Positions 45,343-55,124 of a stretch of DNA of 56,358 nt are shown here, one piece after another. Position 1 is the stretch's first letter. Every line of letters begins with the position of its first letter. The translations under genes and the position numbers were made by a program. Origin of the DNA: Ignavibacteriota bacterium (lineage in GTDB: Bacteria > Bacteroidota > Ignavibacteria > Kapaibacteriales > UBA961); the NCBI GenBank assembly GCA_016197185.1, contig JACPWH010000187.1:1-56358 (forward strand), read 5' to 3'. The notes under the pieces were generated by a model. The model ran no database searches, was not told the origin of the DNA, and worked only from the letters and a program-made list of their open reading frames with translations.

Positions 45343-46791
45343 TTAATTTTGTAATTCGCGTTTTAATACTTCAGTTACTATTTTAGGATTTGCTTTCCCT
45401 TCCGTTTGTTTCAATACCTGACTTACAAAAAAACCAAAGAGATTGGTTTTTCCTGCCCGGTATTTGTCAACATTCTCTGAGTTTTGGTCAAGAATACTTT
45501 TTACAAGGGTTTCGATCATATTACTATCAGAAATTTGCGCTAACCCCCGTTTACCTACAATTTCCTTTGGAGATACTTTATTTGCCAATACTTCCGGGAA
45601 TATTTCCTTTGCTATTTTACTGCTTATACTCTCAGACGCAAGCAAATCGACTATCTCCGCAATAAAGTTAGCAGGTAATTCAAATTCGGCAGCAGTTATT
45701 TTTCGTTCTGATAAAATTCGTAACACCTCCGTCATCACCCAGTTACTTACTAATTTGTAACTTTCATTATTCTTTACAGACAAATGTGATACTGCAAGTT
45801 CAAAATAATCTCCCAAACTCTGCTCGTCAACCAAAATACCCGCATCGTATTTCGGCAGACCCAACTCATTGATAAATCTCTGCTTGCGTGCAAGTGGCAA
45901 CTCGGGCAATGTTTGATGTACTCTGCTTATCCATTCTTTTGAAACAGAAACACCCACCAAATCCGGTTCTGGAAAATACCTGTAATCATGAGCTTTCTCT
46001 TTCGTTCTCATCGGTTTGGTTTCGTGAACGGATGCATCCCACAGCATTGTTTGCTGAATCACTGTCCCGCCTGATTCCAAAAGTGCTACTTGACGTTCAA
46101 TCTCGTAGCCGATTGCCCGTTCAACATTCCGAAAACTGTTGAGATTCTTAACTTCCGTTCTTGTTCCAAATTTTTCAGCACCTTTTTTTCGTACTGAGAT
46201 ATTTGCATCGCAGCGCAGAGACCCTTCTTCCAAATTTCCGTCACAAACCCCAAGGTACATAACAATTTGGCGTATTTGCATTAAATACTGATATGCTTCT
46301 TGTGCAGAGCGGATATCCGGCTCGCTCACTATTTCCAAAAGGGGGACACCGCTTCTATTCAAATCGACCAACGTATCAATGTCAACATCATGAATTGATT
46401 TTCCTGCATCTTCCTCCATGTGAATCCGTGTGATTCCAATATGCTTTTTTCCTTCAGGAAGGTCAACTTCAATTACGCCCTCGAAACAAATCGGATCTTC
46501 ATATTGAGATATTTGATAACCCTTTGGTAAATCAGGGTAGAAATAGTTTTTGCGAGAAAAAATCGAATATGGACGTATTTTGCATCCTGTTGCAAGTCCC
46601 ATTTTTATGGCAAATTCAACCACATTTTTATTCAATGTGGGCAACGCTCCGGGGTGCCCTAAGCATACAGGACATGTATTCATATTCGGCGAAGTTCCAA
46701 ATTCGGTAGTACAACTACAAAATGCTTTGGTGTTAGTTTTGAGTTGGATATGCACTTCTAAACCGATAACCGGTTCATAATCATTTTTCAT
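45343..46791 (-). CDS. gatB: Asp-tRNA(Asn)/Glu-tRNA(Gln) amidotransferase subunit B
   Basis: 482 aa. Motifs YEPVIGLEVHIQLKTNTKAFCSC, NTCPVCLGHPGALP and ITRIHMEEDAGKSIH, plus a C-terminal YqeY-like tail. Confidence 0.95.
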   Translation of the reverse strand: MKNDYEPVIGLEVHIQLKTNTKAFCSCTTEFGTSPNMNTCPVCLGHPGALPTLNKNVVEFAIKMGLATGCKIRPYSIFSRKNYFYPDLPKGYQISQYEDPICFEGVIEVDLPEGKKHIGITRIHMEEDAGKSIHDVDIDTLVDLNRSGVPLLEIVSEPDIRSAQEAYQYLMQIRQIVMYLGVCDGNLEEGSLRCDANISVRKKGAEKFGTRTEVKNLNSFRNVERAIGYEIERQVALLESGGTVIQQTMLWDASVHETKPMRTKEKAHDYRYFPEPDLVGVSVSKEWISRVHQTLPELPLARKQRFINELGLPKYDAGILVDEQSLGDYFELAVSHLSVKNNESYKLVSNWVMTEVLRILSERKITAAEFELPANFIAEIVDLLASESISSKIAKEIFPEVLANKVSPKEIVGKRGLAQISDSNMIETLVKSILDQNSENVDKYRAGKTNLFGFFVSQVLKQTEGKANPKIVTEVLKRELQN

Positions 46792-47094
46792 TCAACGTCT
46801 TTTTATAAATAAATTTGCTACAATGTGCAAATTTAGTAAAATATCCGCACTTAATTCTCGTTTTCATCGTTGTTGTGGTTGCTGAATATGTCAAATTATT
46901 TGTACAAAATTTTATTAATCTCGTTTAGAACTTGGTTTATGTGCTTTTAGATTGTATTTTTGCGCGAAATTTATCACCATCCTAAAATATTTCTAAGAAG
47001 TAAATCTAAACTACATAGAATTACATCTATAAGATTTGCTCCTCAATCTGTTAACTGTTATAATTTTTGTTTTAATTTATCAAAGAGGATTACT

Positions 47095-47334
47095 ATGTTT
47101 TGGACACCTGAATTAGCTTACTCTCTCGAAGATGCCCCATGGCCTGCAACAAAAGAAGAGTTGATTGACTATGCAAATCGTACCGGCGCACCACAACAAG
47201 TTGTGGACAACTTAGCAGAACTTGAAGACAATGATGAGTTGTATGAAGGAATGGAAGACTTATGGCCCGAATACGAAAACGCTACTGACGATCTTTACTT
47301 TTCCGACGATGAAGATCAGGATAGTATGTATTAA
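47095..47334 (+). CDS. Small acidic DUF2795-like protein (79 aa)
   Basis: The ATG at 47095 is preceded by AAGAGGA. Sequence MFWTPELAYSLEDAPWPATKEELIDYANRTGAPQQVVDNLAELED... follows the DUF2795 pattern. The 45-codon upstream extension in the ORF track (46960) has no support. Confidence 0.72.
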   Translation: MFWTPELAYSLEDAPWPATKEELIDYANRTGAPQQVVDNLAELEDNDELYEGMEDLWPEYENATDDLYFSDDEDQDSMY

Positions 47335-47370
47335 GCATATACATTACAATTGCTTAGTTAATAGAATATT

Positions 47371-47404
47371 AAAGCCCGAACCTACAGTAAGTTTGGGCTT
47401 TTCT
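47371..47404 (+). terminator. Intrinsic terminator after the DUF2795-like gene
   Basis: AAAGCCCGAAC ... GTTTGGGCTTTT forms a hairpin with G-U pairs, followed by TTTTCT. Confidence 0.6.
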
Positions 47405-47415
47405 CATCGTTTACC

Positions 47416-49770
47416 ATGGTAAAATTTGTTATGCGTTTTTTTTATTGCTTCTTCCTGCTATGGTTTGCTCATTCCGAATTGCGAGCATTGGAATCTTTAT
47501 TTCTAAGACCCGATTCAAATCAAACGCAAACTGCGCCGATACCTGTGAATATGGCTTCATCTTCATTGCCACAGGAAGGCGAGCTTAACGATATACTCTT
47601 CGAGGGTAATGCTTATTTTTCAAGTTCGATATTGTCTGATGCTATTTCGCTTCGTCCTACTGATTTAAGTTATGCACATAAAATATTTGGATTTTACTAT
47701 CGCCAACTCTCTATAAATCCATATACACCACCACCGCTCCGAGACGGACTTGCCACTGCTCTGCGCAATTATCAAGATGAATACCGTTTTTTTGACGAAA
47801 CATCAGCCGAGAATGATGTTTCTACACTTGAAAATCTATATAATCAAAATGGTTTCCATAATGTTACCGTATCTTATACCTTTACATTTGATACAAACAA
47901 GCGTATCAATGTGTTAACATTTCGTATTACTGAAAACAAAGCCTATATTGTTAACACAATTGCATATACAGGTCTCGGTGTATTGCCGGATGACCTTAAA
48001 AAAGAACTGGACCCACTTCTCCATAATGATATCGGTTCTCAATTTAATGAAGGTGCTATAAAACTAAATGCTGATAAAATAACACTTTTTTTACAAAATA
48101 AAGGTTATTATTACGCTCATTACCTTCAGCCGGAAGTCGCATCTTTTCCTACTACTTCTACAGACAGCATTACAATTCCTTTTGAAATTGGAAAACGCTG
48201 TAAAATAGGTGTAATTTCATTAAAGCATGATTATCGGGATCAACCTGCTGTAAGTTCCGATTTAGTGAGAGTTATGCTTGATTTTAAAGAAGGCGACTGG
48301 TACAACCGTTCAGCTGTATCTCATTCCCAAGTTAATTTATACAATTTAGGTACTTTTGATTTGGTTGTTATCGATACCCAAAGCATTAAACAGGGTAATG
48401 ATTATAACACATTGAATATGAATGTCTTTCTTCAATATAGAAAAGTACAGGAGATAGGTTTAGCTCCTTTTATCAACCATACTACGTATGATAATTTTAC
48501 AAATTTCGGAGTAGAAGCATCCTATCTTCATCATAATTTCGGCGGTTCGGCACAGTCATTCACCCCCTTTATAAGAGTGGTTTGGCAAGATTTTGGAATT
48601 AGTGGCTCTCCTCTAAAATTTACATCTATTTCAAGAGAATTTATTGGAGGAGTTCAGTTTAGCCAGCCGCTTTTATTTTCAATGTGGACATGGCGAGTAG
48701 GTGGGGCTGCTCAAGGTTCGTATTCAAACCGTAGGATTCAGAGTGGTCTTCCTTTTCAAACAATTCCTTTGGAAGTTTCTTCTCTTCCTGTTAGATTGAC
48801 CTTTCCGATTACATTACCTACATACACTCTTTTTAATTCTCTTATTCTTGATTTTAGCACAGAATGGCAAAATATCGTAAACATAGCAGAGGTAAGCGGA
48901 GATCTGTTTGAGCATGGAATTGACATATCAGATGATCCAGATACTGCTGCTAATACTAGAAATATTATCGCTATCAGTGAGTTTATTACTCCATATTATC
49001 AAATAGATAATTATACACAGAATAGTTTTAAAAATCTTGGTTTTATTGCTTCTTTAACAGCAATTGGTGATACTCGTAATAATCCTTTTACCCCCTTAAC
49101 CGGGAATTATTTGACTATTTCTATTGAAGGGGCTAATAGTCTTGGATTTATGGGAACCTTATACCGTTTTTCACGTTTTCAAATCACTGAATCTAATTAC
49201 TGGAATATTGTTTCAAACGATGTATTTGCTTTTAAGATAAGAGCCGGTTATATAAATATTACGATAAGTGATACTACTTTTATACCATTTGAAAAAAGAT
49301 TTTTTGCAGGTGGTGCAAATAGTGTTCGATCATACCCTTCCCGTGGATTATTTGATAGAAAATCTTCCAATTTGGACAGTGCACTTGCCTATACAAACAA
49401 TCTAACAGGGAATGGAGCTATCCTCGAGGGTAGTTTTGAATATCGTTATCGATTTGCTCGCCCCTCAGGTATGAATTCTACGCTTGCTGACCAAATAGAA
49501 GCATTAGGTGTTACCATTTTTATGGATTGGGGAAATGTTTTTAATCGGATTAAAGAGGGTTATTACAATACTGCTACCATAGGTGATATAATTAACGGTC
49601 TTGCCGTCGGAATCGGAGCGGGAATCCGCCGTGAAACCCCCGTAGGTCCTGTCCGGGTAGATTTTGCTGTACGTCTCTATGACCCGACATCTCAGGATCG
49701 TCAATGGATATTCTCCCGTGCACCGTTCAAAGACCTACAGGTTCACATCGGTTTAGGACATGCTTTCTAA
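47416..49770 (+). CDS. Omp85-family outer-membrane protein (BamA/TamA-like): POTRA repeats plus a surface-antigen (D15) beta-barrel
   Basis: 784 aa with a signal peptide. POTRA-like N-terminal repeats (NDILFEGNAYFS..., INVLTFRITENKAYIVNTIAYTG..., CKIGVISLKHD...). The barrel carries FFAGGANSVRSYP and ends in the aromatic signature HIGLGHAF. Confidence 0.8.
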   Translation: MVKFVMRFFYCFFLLWFAHSELRALESLFLRPDSNQTQTAPIPVNMASSSLPQEGELNDILFEGNAYFSSSILSDAISLRPTDLSYAHKIFGFYYRQLSINPYTPPPLRDGLATALRNYQDEYRFFDETSAENDVSTLENLYNQNGFHNVTVSYTFTFDTNKRINVLTFRITENKAYIVNTIAYTGLGVLPDDLKKELDPLLHNDIGSQFNEGAIKLNADKITLFLQNKGYYYAHYLQPEVASFPTTSTDSITIPFEIGKRCKIGVISLKHDYRDQPAVSSDLVRVMLDFKEGDWYNRSAVSHSQVNLYNLGTFDLVVIDTQSIKQGNDYNTLNMNVFLQYRKVQEIGLAPFINHTTYDNFTNFGVEASYLHHNFGGSAQSFTPFIRVVWQDFGISGSPLKFTSISREFIGGVQFSQPLLFSMWTWRVGGAAQGSYSNRRIQSGLPFQTIPLEVSSLPVRLTFPITLPTYTLFNSLILDFSTEWQNIVNIAEVSGDLFEHGIDISDDPDTAANTRNIIAISEFITPYYQIDNYTQNSFKNLGFIASLTAIGDTRNNPFTPLTGNYLTISIEGANSLGFMGTLYRFSRFQITESNYWNIVSNDVFAFKIRAGYINITISDTTFIPFEKRFFAGGANSVRSYPSRGLFDRKSSNLDSALAYTNNLTGNGAILEGSFEYRYRFARPSGMNSTLADQIEALGVTIFMDWGNVFNRIKEGYYNTATIGDIINGLAVGIGAGIRRETPVGPVRVDFAVRLYDPTSQDRQWIFSRAPFKDLQVHIGLGHAF

Positions 49771-49772
49771 TT

Positions 49773-50507
49773 TTACCCTAATTGGTATCGAATTGAATCT
49801 CCGTTATTAATTATTCGCTCCATGCCGTCCTTTTCAACTATAACCATACCGAACTCATTATATTTCAATATATTCCAAAACCCTTCATCCCCAATTATTT
49901 CAATCTTTTTTCCTTCGATGTTGAGTTTTTCCTTCCATAATTCAATCAGTTGATACTGCTGTAAGCCAAGTAATTTTTCTGTTTCTGTTATGATTTGCTT
50001 CAGTAGAACATCCGGCTGAATATTGATATTTAGTAATACAAGTGATGTAGCTTTTATTTTGGTATCAAATTCTTGTTGGCATACATTAACCCCTATTCCG
50101 AGAACTGTGGATTTAATACTGTTTCCTAAAAACTCATTTTCCACCAAAACACCTGATATTTTCCTATATTCTCCATTAATTCCTTGAGCATATACGTCAT
50201 TAGGATATTTTAAGGTAAAATGAACACTTGGAGCAAATTTTTCTAATGCCAGCAACACAGCCAAGCATCCTGCACATTGGTATCCTAACATTAGGAGGTT
50301 AATTTCCTGTTTTTCTGAATCATGTACATTTCCTATTGAGAGGTAAATATTTTTATCTTCATCGCCTACCCACTGTTTGTTGTTTCGACCCCTTCCTTTT
50401 ATTTGTAATTTTGCTGTAACAATTACATTGTTTCGGGTTTCAAGAAGTTTTTTTGCAACATCATTTGTGGAAGTTATTACTGAAAAACTAAATATTTCTT
50501 TGCTCAT
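49773..50507 (-). CDS. birA: Biotin--[acetyl-CoA-carboxylase] ligase, group I (no N-terminal HTH)
   Basis: 244 aa. Motifs QIKGRGRNNKQW (GRGRxxxxW) and ISGVLVEN..LGIGVNV. The protein is too short to carry the repressor HTH domain. Confidence 0.85.
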   Translation of the reverse strand: MSKEIFSFSVITSTNDVAKKLLETRNNVIVTAKLQIKGRGRNNKQWVGDEDKNIYLSIGNVHDSEKQEINLLMLGYQCAGCLAVLLALEKFAPSVHFTLKYPNDVYAQGINGEYRKISGVLVENEFLGNSIKSTVLGIGVNVCQQEFDTKIKATSLVLLNINIQPDVLLKQIITETEKLLGLQQYQLIELWKEKLNIEGKKIEIIGDEGFWNILKYNEFGMVIVEKDGMERIINNGDSIRYQLG

Positions 50508-50546
50508 ATATTCTTTTAACTGTTTTTATTTACTTATTATTTACTT

Positions 50547-51911
50547 ATGTCATCAAGCAATACTGTTTGTGCACTGGCTACACCTCCAGGAATATCCGGC
50601 TTAGCTGTGATTCGTCTTTCAGGAGAGGAATCATTTTCAATTGCCGACAAGTGTTTTCGCGGAAAAGTTTTACTTAGCGAAGCTCCGAGCCATACTATTC
50701 ACTATGGTAAAATTTACGATGGCGATGTTCTTCTTGATACTGTTACCGCATCTATTTTTCGTGCCCCACACTCTTATACAGGTGAGAATATTGTGGAGAT
50801 AGGTTGTCATGGCGGACTTTATACTACGTCTAATATTATAAGTACCTTACTTAATAATGGAGCACAAATCGCAAAACCGGGTGAGTTCACACAGCGTGCT
50901 TTTCTTAATGGGAAACTTGATTTGACCCAAGTGGAAGCCGTTGCTGATATTATTCATGCATCATCTGTGCAAGGCTCTCATGTAGCTGCCCGACAATTAC
51001 TCGGAGGATTCAAGAATAAAGTTGATTCAATTCGTAAGGAATTACTCTCGATTTGCGCATTATTGGAATTAGAATTGGATTTTTCTCACGAAGATATTGA
51101 ATTTGTTGATAAAAATCACCTTACCACTTTGATTGGCAACTCAATCAATACTTGTAAAAACATATTGGACAGTTATACATCCTCATCAATACTCCGGGAT
51201 GGGTATCGGGTAGGATTAGTCGGCTACCCTAATGCCGGTAAATCAACACTTTTCAATGCTTTACTTGATAAGAAACGCTCTATTGTAAGTCCGATTGCAG
51301 GTACAACCAGAGACTATATCGAAGATTCACTTTCCCTTAACGGGATATGGATTCAAATATATGACACTGCAGGAATTCGACAAGATTCAATGGACATCAT
51401 TGAAATCGAAGGTATAGAGTTTACCCGTCAACTTCTTGAAACAAGCAACCTGATTCTCATTGTCAATGATATATCTATTTCACCTTTACATTCAGTATCA
51501 CTTTATAAGCAGTTATCTTTGTTATATCCAGAAGCAGCTTTTTGTTATATTCAAAATAAGATTGATTCTGTTTCTCAGTCACTTGTATCAATATCTGACA
51601 TCGATTCGCTTCCTGTTTCCTCGCTGCAATCAATTGGTATTAAAGAACTTAAAATTTTTATTGAGAAACTTGCATCTGCAAATGTAGATAGAATTTCTGA
51701 TGTTTTGCTTAACACAAGACACACTGCAATTCTATCGGAAATAATAAAATCTCTCGAAAATGCCAATTGCTCTCTGAACATTCATTTCTCAAATGAATAT
51801 GTTTCCCTTGATGTACGGAAGGCAATTTATTTGCTTGGCGAAATAACAGGTGAGGTTATGAACGAAGAGATTCTCAACACAATATTTTCTCAGTTTTGCA
51901 TCGGTAAGTAA
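50547..51911 (+). CDS. mnmE: tRNA uridine-5-carboxymethylaminomethyl modification GTPase
   Basis: 454 aa. N-terminus ALATPPGISGLAVIRLSG. The G domain has VGYPNAGKSTLFNAL and DTAGIR. The C-terminus ends FCIGK. Confidence 0.93.
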   Translation: MSSSNTVCALATPPGISGLAVIRLSGEESFSIADKCFRGKVLLSEAPSHTIHYGKIYDGDVLLDTVTASIFRAPHSYTGENIVEIGCHGGLYTTSNIISTLLNNGAQIAKPGEFTQRAFLNGKLDLTQVEAVADIIHASSVQGSHVAARQLLGGFKNKVDSIRKELLSICALLELELDFSHEDIEFVDKNHLTTLIGNSINTCKNILDSYTSSSILRDGYRVGLVGYPNAGKSTLFNALLDKKRSIVSPIAGTTRDYIEDSLSLNGIWIQIYDTAGIRQDSMDIIEIEGIEFTRQLLETSNLILIVNDISISPLHSVSLYKQLSLLYPEAAFCYIQNKIDSVSQSLVSISDIDSLPVSSLQSIGIKELKIFIEKLASANVDRISDVLLNTRHTAILSEIIKSLENANCSLNIHFSNEYVSLDVRKAIYLLGEITGEVMNEEILNTIFSQFCIGK

Positions 51912-52074
51912 TAGTATTTTAACATTATTACAGTTTTATTTTCTTTTTTTCAGGCTCGCTTCAATAAAATAATCGCAAACTTTTTTCTGAATTATTTATT
52001 ATTCTTTTTTCAAGTTGGTATCTAATTTGCGGAAACTTTTTCATATAATATAAGGACTTATTAACGATATTTTG

Positions 52075-52090
52075 TGTTTCACGTGAAACA
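52075..52090. promoter_or_regulatory. Perfect 16-nt palindrome TGTTTCACGTGAAACA, 26 nt upstream of the mnmG ATG; candidate operator
   Basis: The sequence is self-complementary as read directly. It lies in the AT-rich 205-nt mnmE-mnmG spacer. Confidence 0.4.
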
Positions 52091-52116
52091 TAATTTAGAG
52101 TTATGTTTATAATCTA

Positions 52117-53964
52117 ATGAACACTTTTGATGTAATTGTAATAGGTGGCGGTCATGCAGGGATAGAAGCAAGTGTTGCCTCTGCAAAAATGGGATGTAAA
52201 ACTGCACTTTTTTCGATGAATATCCATACAATCGGACGTTTATCATGCAATCCTTCAATTGGAGGTAGTGCAAAAGGGCATTTAGCAAAAGAAATTGATG
52301 CTTTGGGGGGGGTGATGGGAATTCTTGCAGACAAAAGTGGATTGCAGTTCAAAACACTCAATACTTCTAAGGGCCCTGCAATTTGGTCGAGTCGTTCTCA
52401 AAATGATAAAGACCTTTACCCGCTTTTTGCACAAGAACTTCTTCTTTCTACAAAGAACCTTTCAGTTGTCAATAGCAATATTAGAGAAATTCTCATTGAT
52501 AAAGATAGTATAAAAGGAGTAATAACTGAGAACGGAGAAACAGTATTCTCAAAATGTGTAGTATTATGTTCAGGTACATTTCTGAATGGAGTACTTTATA
52601 CTGGGATGAATGGTATTGCAGGCGGAAGAATTGATGAACAGTCTTCAACTTCAATTTCAAGAAATCTATTATCTTATGGTTTCAAAACAGGCAGACTAAA
52701 AACAGGAACTCCACCGCGTATTGATCGTAATTCTATAAATTTTAGTATGTTAAGTGAGGTTGGAGGTGATGTAGTTCCAAAACCCTTTTCGTTTAGGACA
52801 TCGACTGTAAGAAACACTCTTACCTGCCACCAAACAACTACTACGGAGAAAACTCACAACATTCTGCGCAAAGGCTTTAGTGAATCTCCGATGTTTTCAG
52901 GATTAATAGCCGGAAAAGGTCCTCGATATTGTCCTTCGATTGAAGATAAAATTGAGCGGTTTTCTGATAAAAACTCGCATCAGATTCTTTTGGAACGCGA
53001 AGGTCTTACTACTGATTCTGTGTATGTGAATGGTTTTTCTACAAGTTTACCCCGGGCTATTCAGGAAGAAGGGCTTCATTCGATTGTTGGATTAGAAAAA
53101 TGCGAGATTCTTAAATATGGGTATGCAGTCGAATATGACTATTTTTTTCCGAACCAGCTAAAGTCGTCATTAGAAACAAAAGCTATACAAGGCTTGTTTT
53201 TTGCCGGACAAATTAATGGAACCTCCGGCTATGAGGAAGCAGCGTCACAGGGTTTGATTGCAGGAATAAATGCAGCTTTGACTGTAAAAGATATGCCGGC
53301 ATTTACATTAAGCAGAGCAGAAGCATATATCGGTGTAATGATTGATGATCTGATCAATAAAGAATCGGAAGAGCCGTATAGAATATTCACATCATTAGCC
53401 GAATACAGGTTGTTGCTCCGTCAGGATAATGCGTACAAAAGACTTAGTAAATACGGATTTAACTTTGGTTTGATCGATAATAATCAGTACGAGGTTCTTC
53501 AGCATAAAGAAAATTTAACAGGGCAATTAATTTCATTTGCTCAAGAATCAAAAGCCTCTCCAGCAACTATTAATGAATACTTAACTGACATTGGGGAATC
53601 GAAATTAGCAGAAACAACTTCTCTTTCAATTATTGCGAAACGCCAAAAAGTTTCTTTAAAGGAATTATTTAGCATTGTAAATACACACGATTCTTTCCCT
53701 GCAACGAATGAGTTGTTCGAAAAAGCTGAAATAGAAATCAAGTACGAGGGATATATTAAACGTCAATTAGAAGAAGTTGAAATGTTTCAACAAACCGAAA
53801 GTAAACTAATCCCAAAAAACTTGGATTACTCTTCAATCAAGTCATTATCTGCCGAAGCAAGAGAAAAGCTCATTAAAATTTCTCCTGTTTCCTTAGGTCA
53901 GGCTTCAAGGATTGCCGGTGTTTCTTCTACCGATCTTGCAGTTTTGATGCTTTATATTCGATAG
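52117..53964 (+). CDS. mnmG: tRNA uridine-5-carboxymethylaminomethyl synthesis enzyme (GidA)
   Basis: 615 aa. Motifs FDVIVIGGGHAGIEAS (FAD), NPSIGGSAKGHLAKEIDALGG, GPRYCPSIEDK and GQINGTSGYEEAASQGLIAGINAA. Confidence 0.95.
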   Translation: MNTFDVIVIGGGHAGIEASVASAKMGCKTALFSMNIHTIGRLSCNPSIGGSAKGHLAKEIDALGGVMGILADKSGLQFKTLNTSKGPAIWSSRSQNDKDLYPLFAQELLLSTKNLSVVNSNIREILIDKDSIKGVITENGETVFSKCVVLCSGTFLNGVLYTGMNGIAGGRIDEQSSTSISRNLLSYGFKTGRLKTGTPPRIDRNSINFSMLSEVGGDVVPKPFSFRTSTVRNTLTCHQTTTTEKTHNILRKGFSESPMFSGLIAGKGPRYCPSIEDKIERFSDKNSHQILLEREGLTTDSVYVNGFSTSLPRAIQEEGLHSIVGLEKCEILKYGYAVEYDYFFPNQLKSSLETKAIQGLFFAGQINGTSGYEEAASQGLIAGINAALTVKDMPAFTLSRAEAYIGVMIDDLINKESEEPYRIFTSLAEYRLLLRQDNAYKRLSKYGFNFGLIDNNQYEVLQHKENLTGQLISFAQESKASPATINEYLTDIGESKLAETTSLSIIAKRQKVSLKELFSIVNTHDSFPATNELFEKAEIEIKYEGYIKRQLEEVEMFQQTESKLIPKNLDYSSIKSLSAEAREKLIKISPVSLGQASRIAGVSSTDLAVLMLYIR

Positions 53965-53990
53965 TTGGGATTGAAACTAATTGTCCTCTT

Positions 53991-54018
53991 TACAATAGTT
54001 CCACGTGGAACTATTGTA
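53991..54018. other. Perfect 28-nt palindrome TACAATAGTTCCACGTGGAACTATTGTA, 26 nt after the mnmG stop; terminator hairpin or operator
   Basis: The sequence is self-complementary as read directly. A T6 run (54026-54031) starts 7 nt after the stem, which is further than in a textbook terminator. Confidence 0.45.
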
Positions 54019-54164
54019 CTTGTGGTTTTTTGTAGGAATATCTGTTTTTTGTCAGAAAACATGGCTGTACCGTGCGCCTTTTTGTCATGGAAGTGTTTTC
54101 TAATAAAAGCTATCACTTCACATTAAATAAAACTTACTTTAACAGACTAAGAAAACATATATTT

Positions 54165-55115
54165 ATGAATAAAGATGAAGCTACAGTAATCGCGATTGAT
54201 GGCGGAGGGTCGAAAACACGCGGAATCATTAAAAAAGCAAACGAAATATTGTTTACAATCGAAGCGGGATCTACAAGAATCGGTGCAGTCGGTGTTGGTG
54301 AATCTACAGAAAGAGTCTTGAATATGGTTCGGGATTTATGTAGTAAATCCTCTATAGACTCAAGCGAAGTTGATGCTGTAGTAGTTGGTTTAGCCGGTGT
54401 TTGGCTCGAAGAAGAGAAGCAACGTTCTACACTCCTTTTAAAAACATTAGCTCGAAACAGTAAGATAACTATTAATGATATAATGATAACAAGCGATGCT
54501 GAAATTGCACTCGAAGGTGTTTTAGGTGGTAAAAATGGCATTGCGTTGATAGCAGGAACAGGCACCATTACATTAGGTAAAATAAATGCCAAGGAAGTAG
54601 TTCGATGTGGAGGCTGGGGAATTGAGCTTGACGATGAAGGAAGCGGAGCATGGATTGGAAGAGAAGGTCTAACTGCTATTGTTCGTGCAGTAGATGGAAG
54701 AAGTAAACCGACAAGGCTCTTCGATATGCTTGCTGAACGATACCCAATGGTGAAAAAAGACCGTCCTCGTACAATTGTTTCCGCATACTCAGAACGTATT
54801 TTTGAATATCATTCCCTTACACCAATGGTAATGAAATGCGCCGAAGACGGAGATGAGGTATGTTATTCAATTATTGAAACATCAGCTCAACATCTTGTTG
54901 ACGGGCTTTTGGCTGTTCGCCGTCAATTTAAGAGTTCAAAAGACATTGTAGAGTTAGCATGTATGGGCGGGATGATTGAAAACGATACCCTCCTGTCTCG
55001 CTTACTTTATCAAAAATTAGAATCGGAGAAGAGCCTTAATGTAGTGAAACCATATGGCTCTGCACTTGACGGAGCAGTCTCATTAGCTTTCAAATTACTA
55101 AATGATTTTGAATAA
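54165..55115 (+). CDS. BadF/BadG/BcrA/BcrD-type ATPase (N-acetylglucosamine kinase-like)
   Basis: I used the ATG at 54165 (MNKDEATVIAIDGGGSKTRG...). Motifs IAIDGGGSKTRG, LIAGTGTI and GGWGIELDDEGSGAWIGREG. The track's 31-codon upstream extension is unsupported. Confidence 0.8.
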   Translation: MNKDEATVIAIDGGGSKTRGIIKKANEILFTIEAGSTRIGAVGVGESTERVLNMVRDLCSKSSIDSSEVDAVVVGLAGVWLEEEKQRSTLLLKTLARNSKITINDIMITSDAEIALEGVLGGKNGIALIAGTGTITLGKINAKEVVRCGGWGIELDDEGSGAWIGREGLTAIVRAVDGRSKPTRLFDMLAERYPMVKKDRPRTIVSAYSERIFEYHSLTPMVMKCAEDGDEVCYSIIETSAQHLVDGLLAVRRQFKSSKDIVELACMGGMIENDTLLSRLLYQKLESEKSLNVVKPYGSALDGAVSLAFKLLNDFE

Positions 55116-55124
55116 ATTAACCAC

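Noticed and set aside
51912-52116. Possible oriC, because mnmE and mnmG are origin-linked in many bacteria
   Set aside because: The AT-rich 205-nt spacer has no cluster of TTATCCACA-type DnaA boxes and no dnaA/dnaN nearby. The only notable element is the CACGTG palindrome, reported separately.
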